64,000 bases of DNA from Thermoanaerobaculia bacterium (GCA_044226625.1 JBGAGQ010000013.1:1-64000); one strand, 5' to 3'; shown: positions 45,280 to 55,909, numbered from the stretch's first letter. The notes: generated by a model not told the origin, from the sequence alone. A program made the numbers and translations.

Positions 45280-46179
45280 CTATACCGGATCGCTATGCAC
45301 GAACACTTTCGCGGGGGCGAGATCTCGTTCGATCGCCCGCAGCACGCGGACCGTCCGATCGTGGGCCTCTTCGAACGTCGCGGCGCGCGGAATCTCCAGA
45401 TGGAGGTCGATGAAGCGTAGGCCGCCGCTTCGGCGGCTCTTCAGGTCGTGCATCCCGATGACGTCGGGCGCGAACGAGGCGACGATCTCGCGAACCCGCG
45501 CAAGGTCTGCCTCCGGAAGACCTCGGTCGGAAAGGTCGGCCATCGCGCCCAGGGTGAGCTTGGCGGCGGTGCGAAAGACGATCGCCGCGACCCCCAGGGC
45601 GACGAGGGGATCGACCTGCGACCAGCCGGTCGCCGAGACGATGCCTAGCGCGACCAAGGCGGAGCCATTGGTCCAAAAGTCGGTCGCGTAGTGGAGGCTG
45701 TCAGCGGCGAGCGCCGGGCTGCCCGTCGCCTTCGCGGCGCGTCGAAGCCACAGAGCGACCGCGATGCTGACGACGAGCGATACGGCCAGGACCAGTGCGC
45801 CGACCCCCAGCTTCTCGGGCACGGTGCCCGAGATCAGGCGCCGGACGCTCGCGATGACCAGGCCTCCCGCGGCAACCGCTAGGAATAGACCCTGGCCGAG
45901 CGCGGCGAGATTCTCGAACCGTCCGTGGCCGTAGGCGTGGTCGTCGTCCGGAGGAAGCGCCGCGCGGCGGATCACGAAATAGTTGGCGGTCGAGATGAAG
46001 ACGTCGATCAGCGAATCGAGCGCCGCGGCGCCGAGCGCGAGGGAACCCGTCGAGAGGGCTGCGGCCCCCTTGAGCACGGTGAGAAAGGCCGCCGCGCCGA
46101 TTGCGACCAGCGGTGCGCCGCGCCCGGAGAGGTGATCCTCCGGCGCGTTCGGCGTCGGGCTCGCGCTTTTCTCAGCCAC
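45280..46179 (-). CDS. Cation diffusion facilitator transporter (FieF-like)
   Basis: ALDSLID, PPDDDHAYGHGRFE, ADSLHYATD, HDLKSR, AHD, VHSDP. Confidence 0.93.
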   Translation of the reverse strand: MAEKSASPTPNAPEDHLSGRGAPLVAIGAAAFLTVLKGAAALSTGSLALGAAALDSLIDVFISTANYFVIRRAALPPDDDHAYGHGRFENLAALGQGLFLAVAAGGLVIASVRRLISGTVPEKLGVGALVLAVSLVVSIAVALWLRRAAKATGSPALAADSLHYATDFWTNGSALVALGIVSATGWSQVDPLVALGVAAIVFRTAAKLTLGAMADLSDRGLPEADLARVREIVASFAPDVIGMHDLKSRRSGGLRFIDLHLEIPRAATFEEAHDRTVRVLRAIERDLAPAKVFVHSDPV

Positions 46180-47083
46180 CGGCTTTCCCGAGCAGCACCT
46201 TCGCCTCGGCGATCGGCGCGGCGTCCTCGACCGGCTTATCCGCGGAAGGCTTCTGCGCCGCGAGCCGCTTCAGGATCGCGATCGCCTCGGGCTTCGCGGC
46301 GGAGCGATACTGGAGCAGGGCGTCCGCGAGATAGAGCTGGTTGTAAGGGTTCTGGGGCGCGATCGCGACCGCTTTCCGAAGGTGCTCGATCGCGAGGTCG
46401 CGGTCGACCCAGCCCGTAATGAACGGAACTTTCGGCGCGAGGGTGTGCAGCCGGCCGAGGAGGCGATGGCCGCCCGCCTCCTCGAAGCGCTCGTCGCCCG
46501 CCAGGACGATCTCACCGTAACGGCGAACCTTGTCGCCCACTCCCTGCCGTGCGGCGGCGAGCTTGCCGAACGCATCGCCCCAGAGGCCCCAATCGACGGC
46601 GCCCCAGAGGAAAACATACGGCGCCTCGGGCACTCCGGCGAGCGCCTTGGCGGCTGCCGCAGGGGTCATGGCGTCGAGCTTCGCCCGCCCACCCACGCGC
46701 TTGCCGAGCTCGTCGATCGCCGCCTCCACCACCTGTTTGCCGCGACCGAAGGCGGCCTGCTTCGCCTCCGAGGTCGTGGCCACGTACTCCCCCTTGAAAT
46801 GGAGGGCGCGCAGCATCTTCCACGAAGCCTCCAACTGACCGGGCTTCGCCTTGAGCGCCTTTTCGTAACCCGCGATCGCCTGGTCGATCGGACCGGCGGC
46901 GGCTCGGGCTCCCTTGGCCCCTTCTCCCCGGCGGGCGAACGCGGCATCCCCCTCGGCGATCGCCTCGGCCTGCGCCATGAGCGAGCTCGCCGAAGCAAAG
47001 AGGAGAACGGCGATCGTGAGGCTACGGATCCAACGGTGGCGAAGAAGGAAGGGCGATAGAGGGGGTATGCGAGCGGTTCCCAT
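46172..47083 (-). CDS. Secreted TPR-like helical hypothetical protein
   Basis: Signal-like N-terminus; TPR-like helices (AIEHLRKAVAIAPQNPYNQLYLADAL). Confidence 0.7.
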   Translation of the reverse strand: MGTARIPPLSPFLLRHRWIRSLTIAVLLFASASSLMAQAEAIAEGDAAFARRGEGAKGARAAAGPIDQAIAGYEKALKAKPGQLEASWKMLRALHFKGEYVATTSEAKQAAFGRGKQVVEAAIDELGKRVGGRAKLDAMTPAAAAKALAGVPEAPYVFLWGAVDWGLWGDAFGKLAAARQGVGDKVRRYGEIVLAGDERFEEAGGHRLLGRLHTLAPKVPFITGWVDRDLAIEHLRKAVAIAPQNPYNQLYLADALLQYRSAAKPEAIAILKRLAAQKPSADKPVEDAAPIAEAKVLLGKAGG

Positions 47084-47155
47084 GGCGAGATTCTGTCACG
47101 CGGGCGAAGGGCCTAGCGTCCGAAGGAGCGTGGCCGGAGTATCCTTTCATGCTCG

Positions 47156-48589
47156 ATGAATCGCCTCGCTCCCGGCCTTTCGGCCCTCGAAAAGGCGGCA
47201 CGTGCCGCGCACGAGTATCTGGACGGTCTCGAGAGAAGCTCCGTGGCGGCGACCGTCTCGCGCGAGGAGTTGCTCGCGCGGTTCGACGTCCCGCTCGGTC
47301 GTGAGGGGCTACCCGCCGAGAACGTGGTGGAAGAGTTGATCCACGCCGCGGCGGGAGGCCAGCTCGGTAACGTCGGCGGCCGGTTTTTTGCCTGGGTGAT
47401 CGGCGGTGTTCTCCCTTCGGCGCTCGCCGCGGACTGGCTCTCGAGCACCTGGGATCAAAACGCGGCGATCTACGCCACCTCCCCCGCGGCCTCGGTGGTC
47501 GAAGAGGTCGCGGGGAAATGGCTGCTCGACGTGCTGCGCCTGCCTCCATCCTCCTCGTTCGCCTTCACGACCGGCTGCCAGATGGCGCATTTCACCGCGC
47601 TTGCCGCCGCTCGGCAGCTGCTGCTGTCGCGCCTCGGTTGGGAGGTCGGCGAGCGGGGGCTCGCGGGGAGCCCGCCGATCCGCGTTCTCGCGAGCGCCGT
47701 GCGGCATGTCTCGGTCGACCGTGCGTTGCGCTTCCTCGGCATCGGAGCCCGGCAGATCGTCACCTTGCCCGTTGGACCGGACGGGGCGATGGCGGAGGAG
47801 GTGCTCGAAAGCGCGCTCGCCGAAAGCGACGCCCCGACGATCGTGGCGTTGAATGCGGCCGATTTGAACACCGCCGCTTTCGATCCGTTCGCCCTCTTGA
47901 TCCCGATCGCCCATCGGCGCGGCGCGTGGGTCCATGTGGACGGGGCGTTCGGCCTCTTTGCCCGGGCCTCCGCACGGTATGCCGCGCTGGTCGAAGCGAT
48001 GGAGCTCGCCGACAGCTGGGCCACCGACTGCCACAAGTGGCTGAACGTGCCGCAAGACTGTGGTTTCGCCGCCGTGCGCCATGCCGAAGCGCACCGCGCC
48101 GCCTTCACGATCCACGACTCCTATTTCGTCGCCGAAAATTCGGCTCGCGATTCGATCGACTGGGGTCCGGAGTGGTCGCGTCGCGCCCGAGGCTTTGCGG
48201 TCTATTCCGCGCTGCGCGAGCTGGGCCGAGACGGTCTGGCGGCGCTGATCGATCGCTGCTCCGACCGATGCCGCGATCTGGTTCGCGGCATCGGTGCGAT
48301 TCCCGGCGCGGAAGTCGTCTCGCCGGCGCGGCTCGATCAAGGGCTGGTGCGGTTTCTCGATCCGCGCCCGGGGGCGACGCCGGCCGACCACGACGCCTGG
48401 ACCGACCGGACGATCGAGGCGATCAATGCCTCGGGCGAGGCGTTCTTCGGCGGCGTCACCTGGAACGGCCGGCGCTCGATGCGCGTGAGCGTGGTCAATT
48501 GGCGGACCACGGAGGCGGAAGTCGAACGAGCCGTCGCGGCGGTCGCCCGCGTGGCGAGAGGTCTGCGAGGCGCTGAAGAGCGCGAATAG
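47156..48589 (+). CDS. Group II PLP-dependent decarboxylase (aromatic-L-amino-acid decarboxylase-like)
   Basis: RFFAWVIGG, WDQN, WVHVDGAFGL, DSWATDCHKWLNVP, SRRARG. Confidence 0.92.
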   Translation: MNRLAPGLSALEKAARAAHEYLDGLERSSVAATVSREELLARFDVPLGREGLPAENVVEELIHAAAGGQLGNVGGRFFAWVIGGVLPSALAADWLSSTWDQNAAIYATSPAASVVEEVAGKWLLDVLRLPPSSSFAFTTGCQMAHFTALAAARQLLLSRLGWEVGERGLAGSPPIRVLASAVRHVSVDRALRFLGIGARQIVTLPVGPDGAMAEEVLESALAESDAPTIVALNAADLNTAAFDPFALLIPIAHRRGAWVHVDGAFGLFARASARYAALVEAMELADSWATDCHKWLNVPQDCGFAAVRHAEAHRAAFTIHDSYFVAENSARDSIDWGPEWSRRARGFAVYSALRELGRDGLAALIDRCSDRCRDLVRGIGAIPGAEVVSPARLDQGLVRFLDPRPGATPADHDAWTDRTIEAINASGEAFFGGVTWNGRRSMRVSVVNWRTTEAEVERAVAAVARVARGLRGAEERE

Positions 48590-48623
48590 CCGGCTTCGGC
48601 TCCGCTATCATCGCTCCCTGCCG

Positions 48624-49823
48624 ATGCTCTCCCTCCGCGACCCGGTCCACGGCTTCGTCCATGCCGATCCGCTCGAAGCGGCCTTGGTCAACAGCCGGCC
48701 GCTGCAACGTTTGCGCTGGATCCGCCAGCTCGGCCTGACCTCGTTCGTCTACCCGGGGGCCGAGCACAGTCGGTTTTCCCACGCGCTCGGGGCGATGCAT
48801 CTCGCCGGGCGGGTTTACGACGCGCTGGCCTCGCGCGGAACGGCGCCGCTTCCGGTCGGACCCGCGAGCCGAGAACGGCGCCTCGCGCGGGTGGCGGCGC
48901 TGCTTCATGACCAGGGGCACGCGCCGTTTTCCCACTCGGCCGAGGAGCTGTTCGAGGAGGGGATCGATCACGAGGAGATGACCCGCCGGCTACTCGATCT
49001 TCCCGACGTGCGCGAGATCTTCGAGCGGTTCGGCGACGGAATCGCTCCGGAGGAGGTGGCGCGGCTGCTCGGCGGCAAGCTCGACCGGCCGATCGATCGT
49101 CTGCTGTGCCAGATCGTTTCCGGCGAGCTCGACGTGGACAAGATGGATTACCTGCTGCGCGACAGCCTCTTCTGCGGCGTCCGCTACGGCAACTTCGACC
49201 TCGACCGGGTGCTCGAGACCATTCTGCCGCTCGCCGATCCCGAGACCGGCGACTGGGGGATCGGTGTCGACGAGGGGGGCATCCACGCAGTGGAGGCCCT
49301 CGTGATGGCGCGCTACTACATGTTCACGCAGGTCTATTTCAATGCGACCGGGAAAGCCATGGAGCTGCATCTGAACGCCTGGCTGCTCGAAACCGGAGCG
49401 CGCTGGCCGGCCGATCCGGAGCGCTTCCTGGCCGAGGACGACCTCACCACCACCGCCGCGATGCGCGCCTCGAAGAGCGTTCACGCCCGCGCCGTGGTCG
49501 ACCGCGAGCATTTTCCGGTGGCGTTCGAAACCAAAGAGCACCTCGCTCCCGAGGAGAAAGAGCGCTTTGAATCGATCCTGCCCGGCCTGTTTGCCGAGTT
49601 CGGCGACGGCAGCCTGCTGATCTCGAACTCGGCCAAAGATCCGCATCGGTTCGGCAAGAAGCGGGTTTGGGTCAAGAAATACGACGGCCGCCTCGTCGAA
49701 GTGAGCGAGGCGAGCCAGTTCATCAGCCACCTGGGACGGATCGATCGCTATCGTGTCTACACCCCTGCGCACCTCCGCCTCCTGGTGCGAGCGGCGATCG
49801 TCGAGCGATTCGGCCAGGGGTAA
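48624..49823 (+). CDS. HD-domain phosphohydrolase (SAMHD1/YwfO-like)
   Basis: DPVHG, QRLRWIRQLG, HSRFSH, LLHDQGHAPFSH, LDVDKMDYLLRDS. Confidence 0.92.
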   Translation: MLSLRDPVHGFVHADPLEAALVNSRPLQRLRWIRQLGLTSFVYPGAEHSRFSHALGAMHLAGRVYDALASRGTAPLPVGPASRERRLARVAALLHDQGHAPFSHSAEELFEEGIDHEEMTRRLLDLPDVREIFERFGDGIAPEEVARLLGGKLDRPIDRLLCQIVSGELDVDKMDYLLRDSLFCGVRYGNFDLDRVLETILPLADPETGDWGIGVDEGGIHAVEALVMARYYMFTQVYFNATGKAMELHLNAWLLETGARWPADPERFLAEDDLTTTAAMRASKSVHARAVVDREHFPVAFETKEHLAPEEKERFESILPGLFAEFGDGSLLISNSAKDPHRFGKKRVWVKKYDGRLVEVSEASQFISHLGRIDRYRVYTPAHLRLLVRAAIVERFGQG

Positions 49824-49864
49824 GCGAGCCGACCGGGCCGGCTCCGGTTTGAAGCCTCGGGCGG

Positions 49865-50773
49865 TTACGAGAGCAGGTTTTCGAGCGCGCCTTCCAGATC
49901 CGGAAAGCGAAAGCGATAGCCGAGCGCGAGCAGGCGATCGGGAACGACGAAATGGCCGGAGAGGAGCATCTCTGCCATCTCGCCGAGCGCGAGCTGCAGG
50001 GCGAAAGCGGGAGCGGGCAGGAACGACGGGCGATGGAGCACGCGGCCGAGCGCCCGGGCGAAATCGGCCTGGGAGACGGGATTCGGGGCTGTCAAGTTGA
50101 ACGGACCCGAGGCGTCGTCTCGTTCGACCAGGAAGTGGATCGCTTCGATCTCGTCCTCGAGGTGGATCCAGGGGAAACCCTGACGTCCGGAGCCCAGGGG
50201 ACCATTCGCTCCGAACTTCGCCGGAAGGAGCATCTTGGCGAGGGCGCCTCCTTCGAGGCTGAGGACGAGCCCGGTTCGCAGGAGCGCGCGACGGATACCC
50301 AGCGCCTCGGCCTCCCGGGTCGACTCTTCCCATTCCACACAGATGCGCGCGAGGAACGTGTCGCCGGGGGGCGCGTCTTCGTCGATCCTCTCGTCGCCTC
50401 GCGGTCCGTAATAGCCGACCGCCGAGGACTGGAGGAGCGCTCGTGGGCGCTCGGGTGCCTCGCGGATGGCGGCGAGCACGGCCTCGCCCGAGACGATCCG
50501 GCTGTCGCGGATCTCACGCTTGCGCGCCGCCGTCCAGCGCTCGTCGGCCACACCGGCCCCCGCGAGGTGGATGATGGTCGTGTCGGCATGGATCAGCCTC
50601 GACCAACCGGCGCCCGTCTTGCCGTCCCAGCGCTCCGCGCGCACGCCGGGAGGAAGGTCCGTCGCCGAGCGGGGATCGCGGGAGAGGACGATCGCCTCGT
50701 GCCCGGCACCGGCGAGCCGTGCGGCGAGCGCGCGGCCGATAAGGCCGGTACCGCCCGTGATCAAGATTCGCAT
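49865..50773 (-). CDS. TIGR01777 family NAD-dependent epimerase/oxidoreductase
   Basis: ITGGTGLIG, HLAG..RWT..K..IRDSR, SAVGYYG, WIHLED, GPFNLTAP. Confidence 0.93.
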   Translation of the reverse strand: MRILITGGTGLIGRALAARLAGAGHEAIVLSRDPRSATDLPPGVRAERWDGKTGAGWSRLIHADTTIIHLAGAGVADERWTAARKREIRDSRIVSGEAVLAAIREAPERPRALLQSSAVGYYGPRGDERIDEDAPPGDTFLARICVEWEESTREAEALGIRRALLRTGLVLSLEGGALAKMLLPAKFGANGPLGSGRQGFPWIHLEDEIEAIHFLVERDDASGPFNLTAPNPVSQADFARALGRVLHRPSFLPAPAFALQLALGEMAEMLLSGHFVVPDRLLALGYRFRFPDLEGALENLLS

Positions 50774-50833
50774 CGCGTTCTACCCTCCGTGTGGCGACCG
50801 ATGCCGTGCCGATCGCTCGGTCTGGCAAGCGAA

Positions 50834-52579
50834 TCAAACCGCGGCCAACTCTTCCTCCAGCTGCTGCCGCTCGGCAAGCTCGGCGTACAGGCCGCCTCGC
50901 GCGAGAAGCTCCTCGTGGGTGCCGCGTTCGGCGATGCGCCCATGATCGAGGACCACGATCAGATCGGCCCCTTGAACCGCAGAGACTCGATGCGAAACGA
51001 GCAGTACGGTGCGTCCTGGGAAGAACCGCCTCAGATTGCCAAGGATTCGTTCCTCCGTCTGGGTGTCGACCGCGGATAGGCAATCGTCGAGTAGGAGGAT
51101 GCGCGGCTGACGAAGGAGGGCGCGGGCGATCGCCACCCGCTGCTTCTGCCCCCCGGAGAGCGTGAGGCCGCGCTCGCCGACTCGGGTTTCGAGCCCTTCC
51201 GGAAAGCTCGCGAGGTCAGGGCCGAGGCCAGCGAGCTCAGCCGCCTTGAGGATCTCCTGAGGCGAGGCGTGCGGTCGGCCGAGAGCGACGTTCTCCGCGA
51301 GCGTCGCCGAGAACAGGAACGTCTCCTGGGGCACGATGCCGATCTCCGCGCGTAGTCGCTCGAGAGGCAGGTGCCGGAGATCGATGCCGTCGAGGAATAG
51401 GGTTCCCGAGGGCGGATCGATCGATCGCGGCAGGAGCGAAAGGAGGGTGCTCTTTCCCGAGCCGGTGCGGCCGACGATCGCGACGGTGGTGCCGGCGGGA
51501 ACGTCCAGCGAGACGTCCGCCAGCGCGGGAGCGAGCCCTTCCCGATACGAGAACGTAAGTTCCTCGAAGCGGATCGCGCCTTCGAGACGGGATGGATCCG
51601 CGAGCGGGGGCTGATTGCGGATCGCCGGCTCGGCCTCGAGCACGGCGCGCATCCGACCGAGCGAGGCGGTTCCGCGTTGGACCAGGTTGATCACCCAGCC
51701 GAGCGCGATCATCGGCCAGACCATCCGGGCGAGCAGCGTGTTGAACGTGACGAATTCGCCGACCGAGATACGTCCGGAGATCGCGAGCTTGCCGCCGAAA
51801 TAGAGGACCGCCACCATAGCGATTCCCGCGAGACCCTGCAGCGCGGGGAAGAACGCCGCCTGCCAGATGATCAACTGCCGGTTGCCCTCGACATAAGCGC
51901 GATTCACCGTGCCGAACGCCTCGGTTTCCCGTTCCTCCTGAGCGTAGGCGCGGACCACGCGCACGCCGGCGAGATTTTCCTGCGCCTTGGCCGAGAGCGC
52001 GGAGAATCGCTCCTGCACCCCCTCGAACAGCCGGTGGATGCGATCGCCGAACATCTGCGTGGCGATCGCGACCAAGGGCATGATCGCGAGGGACACGCCG
52101 GTCAGTCCGAGATGAATGCGTGCCATCAGTGCGACCGCTCCGACCGCGAGCAGCACGGTATTGGTGCTGTACATGATCGCCGGGCCGCAGAGCATGCGGA
52201 CGGCCTGCAGGTCGTTGGTCGCCCGCGCCATCAGATCGCCGGTCGGATGCGAGTGGAAGAACGACTGCGGCAGCAGCTCCAGGCGCTCGAAGTACCGGTT
52301 GCGCAGATCGAGCTCGACGTCGCGGCTCATCGCCACCAGCAGCATGCGCTGCAGGTAATTGAACGCGCCCGCGACGGCAGTCACTCCGATCATCGCGACG
52401 GCGAACACGGCCAGGGTTCCCATTCCGGCTCCGGCACGCACCGCATCGATCCCACGTCCGATCAGGAGGGGGTTGAGCAAGCCGACCGCGACCGAGGCGA
52501 GGATCGTCGCGAGCCCTTGCCAGAGCCGGGTCCGATAGGGGCGTAAAAAGGGCCAGAGGGCTTTGAGGTTCTTGCGCAA
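50834..52579 (-). CDS. ABC exporter, fused permease and ATPase (MdlA-like)
   Basis: TM domain, TGDLMARATND; GRTGSGKST, LSGGQKQR, LLLDD. Confidence 0.95.
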   Translation of the reverse strand: MRKNLKALWPFLRPYRTRLWQGLATILASVAVGLLNPLLIGRGIDAVRAGAGMGTLAVFAVAMIGVTAVAGAFNYLQRMLLVAMSRDVELDLRNRYFERLELLPQSFFHSHPTGDLMARATNDLQAVRMLCGPAIMYSTNTVLLAVGAVALMARIHLGLTGVSLAIMPLVAIATQMFGDRIHRLFEGVQERFSALSAKAQENLAGVRVVRAYAQEERETEAFGTVNRAYVEGNRQLIIWQAAFFPALQGLAGIAMVAVLYFGGKLAISGRISVGEFVTFNTLLARMVWPMIALGWVINLVQRGTASLGRMRAVLEAEPAIRNQPPLADPSRLEGAIRFEELTFSYREGLAPALADVSLDVPAGTTVAIVGRTGSGKSTLLSLLPRSIDPPSGTLFLDGIDLRHLPLERLRAEIGIVPQETFLFSATLAENVALGRPHASPQEILKAAELAGLGPDLASFPEGLETRVGERGLTLSGGQKQRVAIARALLRQPRILLLDDCLSAVDTQTEERILGNLRRFFPGRTVLLVSHRVSAVQGADLIVVLDHGRIAERGTHEELLARGGLYAELAERQQLEEELAAV

Positions 52580-52635
52580 GGGGGACGGCTCCCGGCCCCG
52601 GAGGATATCCCACGCCTGCTATAAACTCGGTGGCA

Positions 52636-54117
52636 ATGGAAGGCATGGGAGCGACGGGTTACGAAGCGGTCATCGGCCTCGAGGTGCACGTCCAGCTCCT
52701 CACCGCGACCAAGATGTTCTGCCGTTGCCCGAACCGCCCCGGAGCCGAGCCGAATACCCACGTCTGCCCCGTCTGCCTCGGCTATCCGGGGACGTTGCCC
52801 GTCCCCAACCGTCGCGCGGTCGATCTCGCGGTCCAGCTCGCGACCGCACTGTCGGCGACCGTTCATCCGCGGTCGGTCTTCGCTCGGAAGAACTATTTCT
52901 ACCCCGACCTGCCGAAGGGTTATCAGATCAGCCAATACGACCGGCCGCTCGCCGAAAGCGGCAGGCTGCCTCTGTCCGCGCACGACAAGGTGATCGGCAT
53001 CGAGCGCCTCCACCTCGAAGAGGACGCTGGCAAGCTGCTCCACGAAGCGCCAGGCGGAGGGCCGCTGTTCGGCCAGTCGCTGGTCGATTTCAACCGCTGC
53101 GGCACCCCGCTGGTCGAGATCGTCTCCCGGCCGGAGATCTCCTCGCCGGCCGAAGCGCAGGACTACCTCCAGACGCTTCACCAGGTGCTGATCTACACCG
53201 GAACGAGCGACGGCAACATGGAGGCGGGGAACCTTCGTTGCGACGCCAACGTCTCGGTGCGACGGGCAGGCGATCCGGTCCTGGGAACCCGGGCGGAGGT
53301 GAAGAACCTCAATTCGTTTCGCAACCTCGCTCGGGCGATCGAGTTCGAGATCTCGCGGCAGATCGTGGTGATCGAGAGGGGCGGGCGGGTGGTCCAGGAA
53401 ACCCGCAGCTTCGATGCCGATCGAGGCGTGACCCGCACCCTTCGAAGCAAAGAAGAGGCGCACGACTATCGCTATTTCCCTGAGCCCGACCTGCCTCCCC
53501 TGGTCATCGACGAGGATCGTCGGAAGGTGCTGATCGCGACGCTCCCCGAGCTTCCCTGGGCCCGCCGCGCGCGTCTTTCGGAACAGTACGCCTTGCCCGT
53601 CGCCGACGCCGAGCTACTCTCCGGCTCGCGCGAGCTTGCCGATTACTACGAGGCGGCCGTTGCGGCACTTCCCGAGGAGATTCGCGACCAGGGAGCGAAA
53701 CCGGTCGCCAATTGGGTGATGGGGGAGGTCCTGCGCGAGCTCAAGGAACGCAAAGAGGGGCCCGAGCGCGCCATCGAGCCGGAACGGCTCGCGGGCCTGG
53801 TCGCCGCGATCGAAGCCGGGAAGGTCTCTTCCACCGCGGCCAAGGAAGTGTTCGCGGCGATCTGGGAGAGCGGCGAGGAGCCTCTCGCGGCGATCGACCG
53901 GCTCGGGCTCGGCCAGGTTTCGGATTCCGGCCAGATCGAGCTCTGGGTGCGTGAGGTGCTTGCCGAGTTCCCGGCCCAGGTGGCCCAGTTGCGCGGAGGC
54001 AAGCAGCAAGTCCTCGGCTTTCTCGTCGGCCAGGTGATGAAGCGGTCGGCCGGGCGCGCCCAGCCGCCGGCCGTCCAGCAGGCGATGCGCAGGGAGCTGG
54101 GCCTTCCCGAGGGCTGA
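52636..54117 (+). CDS. gatB: Asp-tRNA(Asn)/Glu-tRNA(Gln) amidotransferase subunit B
   Basis: VIGLEVH, RKNYFYPDLPKGYQISQ, HLEEDAGK, RCDANVS, DYRYFPEPDLP, FLVGQVMK. Confidence 0.97.
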   Translation: MEGMGATGYEAVIGLEVHVQLLTATKMFCRCPNRPGAEPNTHVCPVCLGYPGTLPVPNRRAVDLAVQLATALSATVHPRSVFARKNYFYPDLPKGYQISQYDRPLAESGRLPLSAHDKVIGIERLHLEEDAGKLLHEAPGGGPLFGQSLVDFNRCGTPLVEIVSRPEISSPAEAQDYLQTLHQVLIYTGTSDGNMEAGNLRCDANVSVRRAGDPVLGTRAEVKNLNSFRNLARAIEFEISRQIVVIERGGRVVQETRSFDADRGVTRTLRSKEEAHDYRYFPEPDLPPLVIDEDRRKVLIATLPELPWARRARLSEQYALPVADAELLSGSRELADYYEAAVAALPEEIRDQGAKPVANWVMGEVLRELKERKEGPERAIEPERLAGLVAAIEAGKVSSTAAKEVFAAIWESGEEPLAAIDRLGLGQVSDSGQIELWVREVLAEFPAQVAQLRGGKQQVLGFLVGQVMKRSAGRAQPPAVQQAMRRELGLPEG

Positions 54118-54121
54118 GTCT

Positions 54122-55012
54122 CTGATCCAGCTATTCCACGTCGCGAAGAACTATCCGGGAGGACAGGCCGCTCTATCGGACCTGACCTTCGAGATTGCGC
54201 GCGGCCAATTCGTTTTCTTGACCGGCGCGAGCGGCGCGGGGAAGACCACGCTTCTTCGTCTCATTTTTCGCGAAGAGGTCCCCACCTCCGGCCAGATCCT
54301 CGTCAACGGGCGCAACGTCGCGTCGATTCCGCAGCGGAAGATCCCCTACCTCCGGCGCACGATGGGGGTGGTGTTTCAGGACTTCCGACTCATCGCGCGG
54401 AAGACGGTGTTCGAAAACGTCAGCTACTTGCCTCGCCTGCTGGGGGTCGATCTGCGCGGGAGGAAGAAGCTCGCCTATAACGCCTTGCGGCGCGTGGGCC
54501 TCGCGCACCGCATGAACGCCTTTCCTCCTGAGCTCTCGGGTGGCGAACAACAGCGGGTGGCGATCGCGCGAGCGCTGATCAACGAGCCCGACATCCTGAT
54601 CGCGGACGAGCCGACCGGCAATCTCGATCCCGATCTCGCGCGGGAAATCCTGCGCCTGTTCCTGAAGGTCAACCAGAGAGGCACGACCGTGCTGCTCGCC
54701 ACCCACGACCGCGACATGATCCATCGGGTGGGAGGCCGGGTCCTCACGCTCGACCGAGGGCGCCTGATCGCGGACCGTGAGGTCGTGGGAATCGAGAAGC
54801 CGGAAATTCGACTCGAGGACGACGAGAAAGAACTGGAGAATGAAGGGGAGGACGCGCCGCCGCGGGCTCCCGAACCCGGATTGGATCGCGCCGCGGCGGC
54901 AGAAATGGGCGGCGCGATCGGAAACCCGGTGGAAGAGCCCGGTGGAAACCTGACGGACTCGCCGGACGAGCTCGCCGCCAGGGTGTCCGACCGACCCGAG
55001 GAGGACGCGTGA
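54122..55012 (+). CDS. ftsE: Cell division ATP-binding protein FtsE
   Basis: [50 protein letters not shown]; start inferred at CTG 54122; followed by ftsX. Confidence 0.92.
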   Translation: MIQLFHVAKNYPGGQAALSDLTFEIARGQFVFLTGASGAGKTTLLRLIFREEVPTSGQILVNGRNVASIPQRKIPYLRRTMGVVFQDFRLIARKTVFENVSYLPRLLGVDLRGRKKLAYNALRRVGLAHRMNAFPPELSGGEQQRVAIARALINEPDILIADEPTGNLDPDLAREILRLFLKVNQRGTTVLLATHDRDMIHRVGGRVLTLDRGRLIADREVVGIEKPEIRLEDDEKELENEGEDAPPRAPEPGLDRAAAAEMGGAIGNPVEEPGGNLTDSPDELAARVSDRPEEDA

Positions 55013-55908
55013 GCTTTCTCCAGGCGCTCCGAACGTTTTTCCGCGATGCCACGGTCAATCTGGTCCGAGGCTGGAAGGTGAGCCTCGTGGCGGTGCTCAC
55101 GATCGCCGTGAGCCTGTTTCTGTCCGGCGTTTTCCTTCTGGCCAGCCGTAACCTCGCACGGAGCGTCGAGCGCTGGCAGCGAGAGGCTCGAGTGGTCGTC
55201 TATCTCTCGCCACAGGCCGGGGCACCCGAGCTCGCGTCCTGGGTCCGGCGCGCCGCCGCCGAGCCGTGGGCGAAAGCGGTCCATCCGATCGATCGGCAGA
55301 AGGCCCAGGAACGATTTCGGTCGATGTTCCCTAGCCTTGCCGATCTGGTTTCCGGGGGCTCGGAGGAGCCGCTGCCCGTTTCGATCGAAATCGAGGTCGA
55401 GGCGGCGGCACGCGGCTCACGGGAGAAGACCGCGGCGCTCGCCGCTTGGCGTGGCGCTCCCGGCGTAACGTTCGTCGACGACGACCGCGAGTGGCTGGCC
55501 CAAGTGGCGGGTCTGGTCGCCGTGATCCGCGGTGTGGGTTTGGTTCTCGGCCTCGTCCTCCTCGGCGCCGCGGTCTTCACGATCGGAAGCGTCATCCGCC
55601 TCGCGGCGTTCCTTCATGCTGAAGAGATCTCGATTCTCCGTCTCGTCGGCGCGACCGAGTTCTACATTCGCGGACCTTTCTATGCCGAGGGTCTGCTCCA
55701 GGGGACGTTGGGCGGCCTCCTCGCTGCCGGCGGGCTCTTCGGTTCTTGGCTCTTGATCCGACAGAAAGCGCAGGGAGCTTTGGTTCCGTCTCTCCTCGCC
55801 GCCGACTTCCTGGCCCCCGACCAACTCGTCGCTCTCGTGCTGCTCGGCTCCGCCGCGGGTTTGATCGGCGCGGTCACTTCGCTTCGGGGCGAGACGTTGC
55901 GTACCTGA
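55009..55908 (+). CDS. ftsX: Cell division permease FtsX
   Basis: Four-TM layout with large periplasmic loop; [24 protein letters not shown]; GTGA overlap with ftsE. Confidence 0.9.
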   Translation: MSFLQALRTFFRDATVNLVRGWKVSLVAVLTIAVSLFLSGVFLLASRNLARSVERWQREARVVVYLSPQAGAPELASWVRRAAAEPWAKAVHPIDRQKAQERFRSMFPSLADLVSGGSEEPLPVSIEIEVEAAARGSREKTAALAAWRGAPGVTFVDDDREWLAQVAGLVAVIRGVGLVLGLVLLGAAVFTIGSVIRLAAFLHAEEISILRLVGATEFYIRGPFYAEGLLQGTLGGLLAAGGLFGSWLLIRQKAQGALVPSLLAADFLAPDQLVALVLLGSAAGLIGAVTSLRGETLRT

Positions 55909-55909
55909 G

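Noticed and set aside
44874-45413. ORF with repeated WEV.SW.GKSLPELGSH units
   Set aside because: Read-through of the 20-bp DNA array; it runs through a REP-like tail and overlaps the CDF gene 3' end, with no independent coding signal.
48624-49823. HD dNTPase as an anti-phage nucleotide-depletion system
   Set aside because: Looks like the widespread housekeeping YwfO-like family and sits among core genes with no defence context.
50834-52579. ABC exporter as the transporter for the RiPP precursor
   Set aside because: Lacks an N-terminal C39 peptidase domain, lies about 42 kb away, and resembles generic MdlA-type exporters.
52636-54117. gatB without adjacent gatA/gatC
   Set aside because: A split gatCA/gatB arrangement is common in bacteria.
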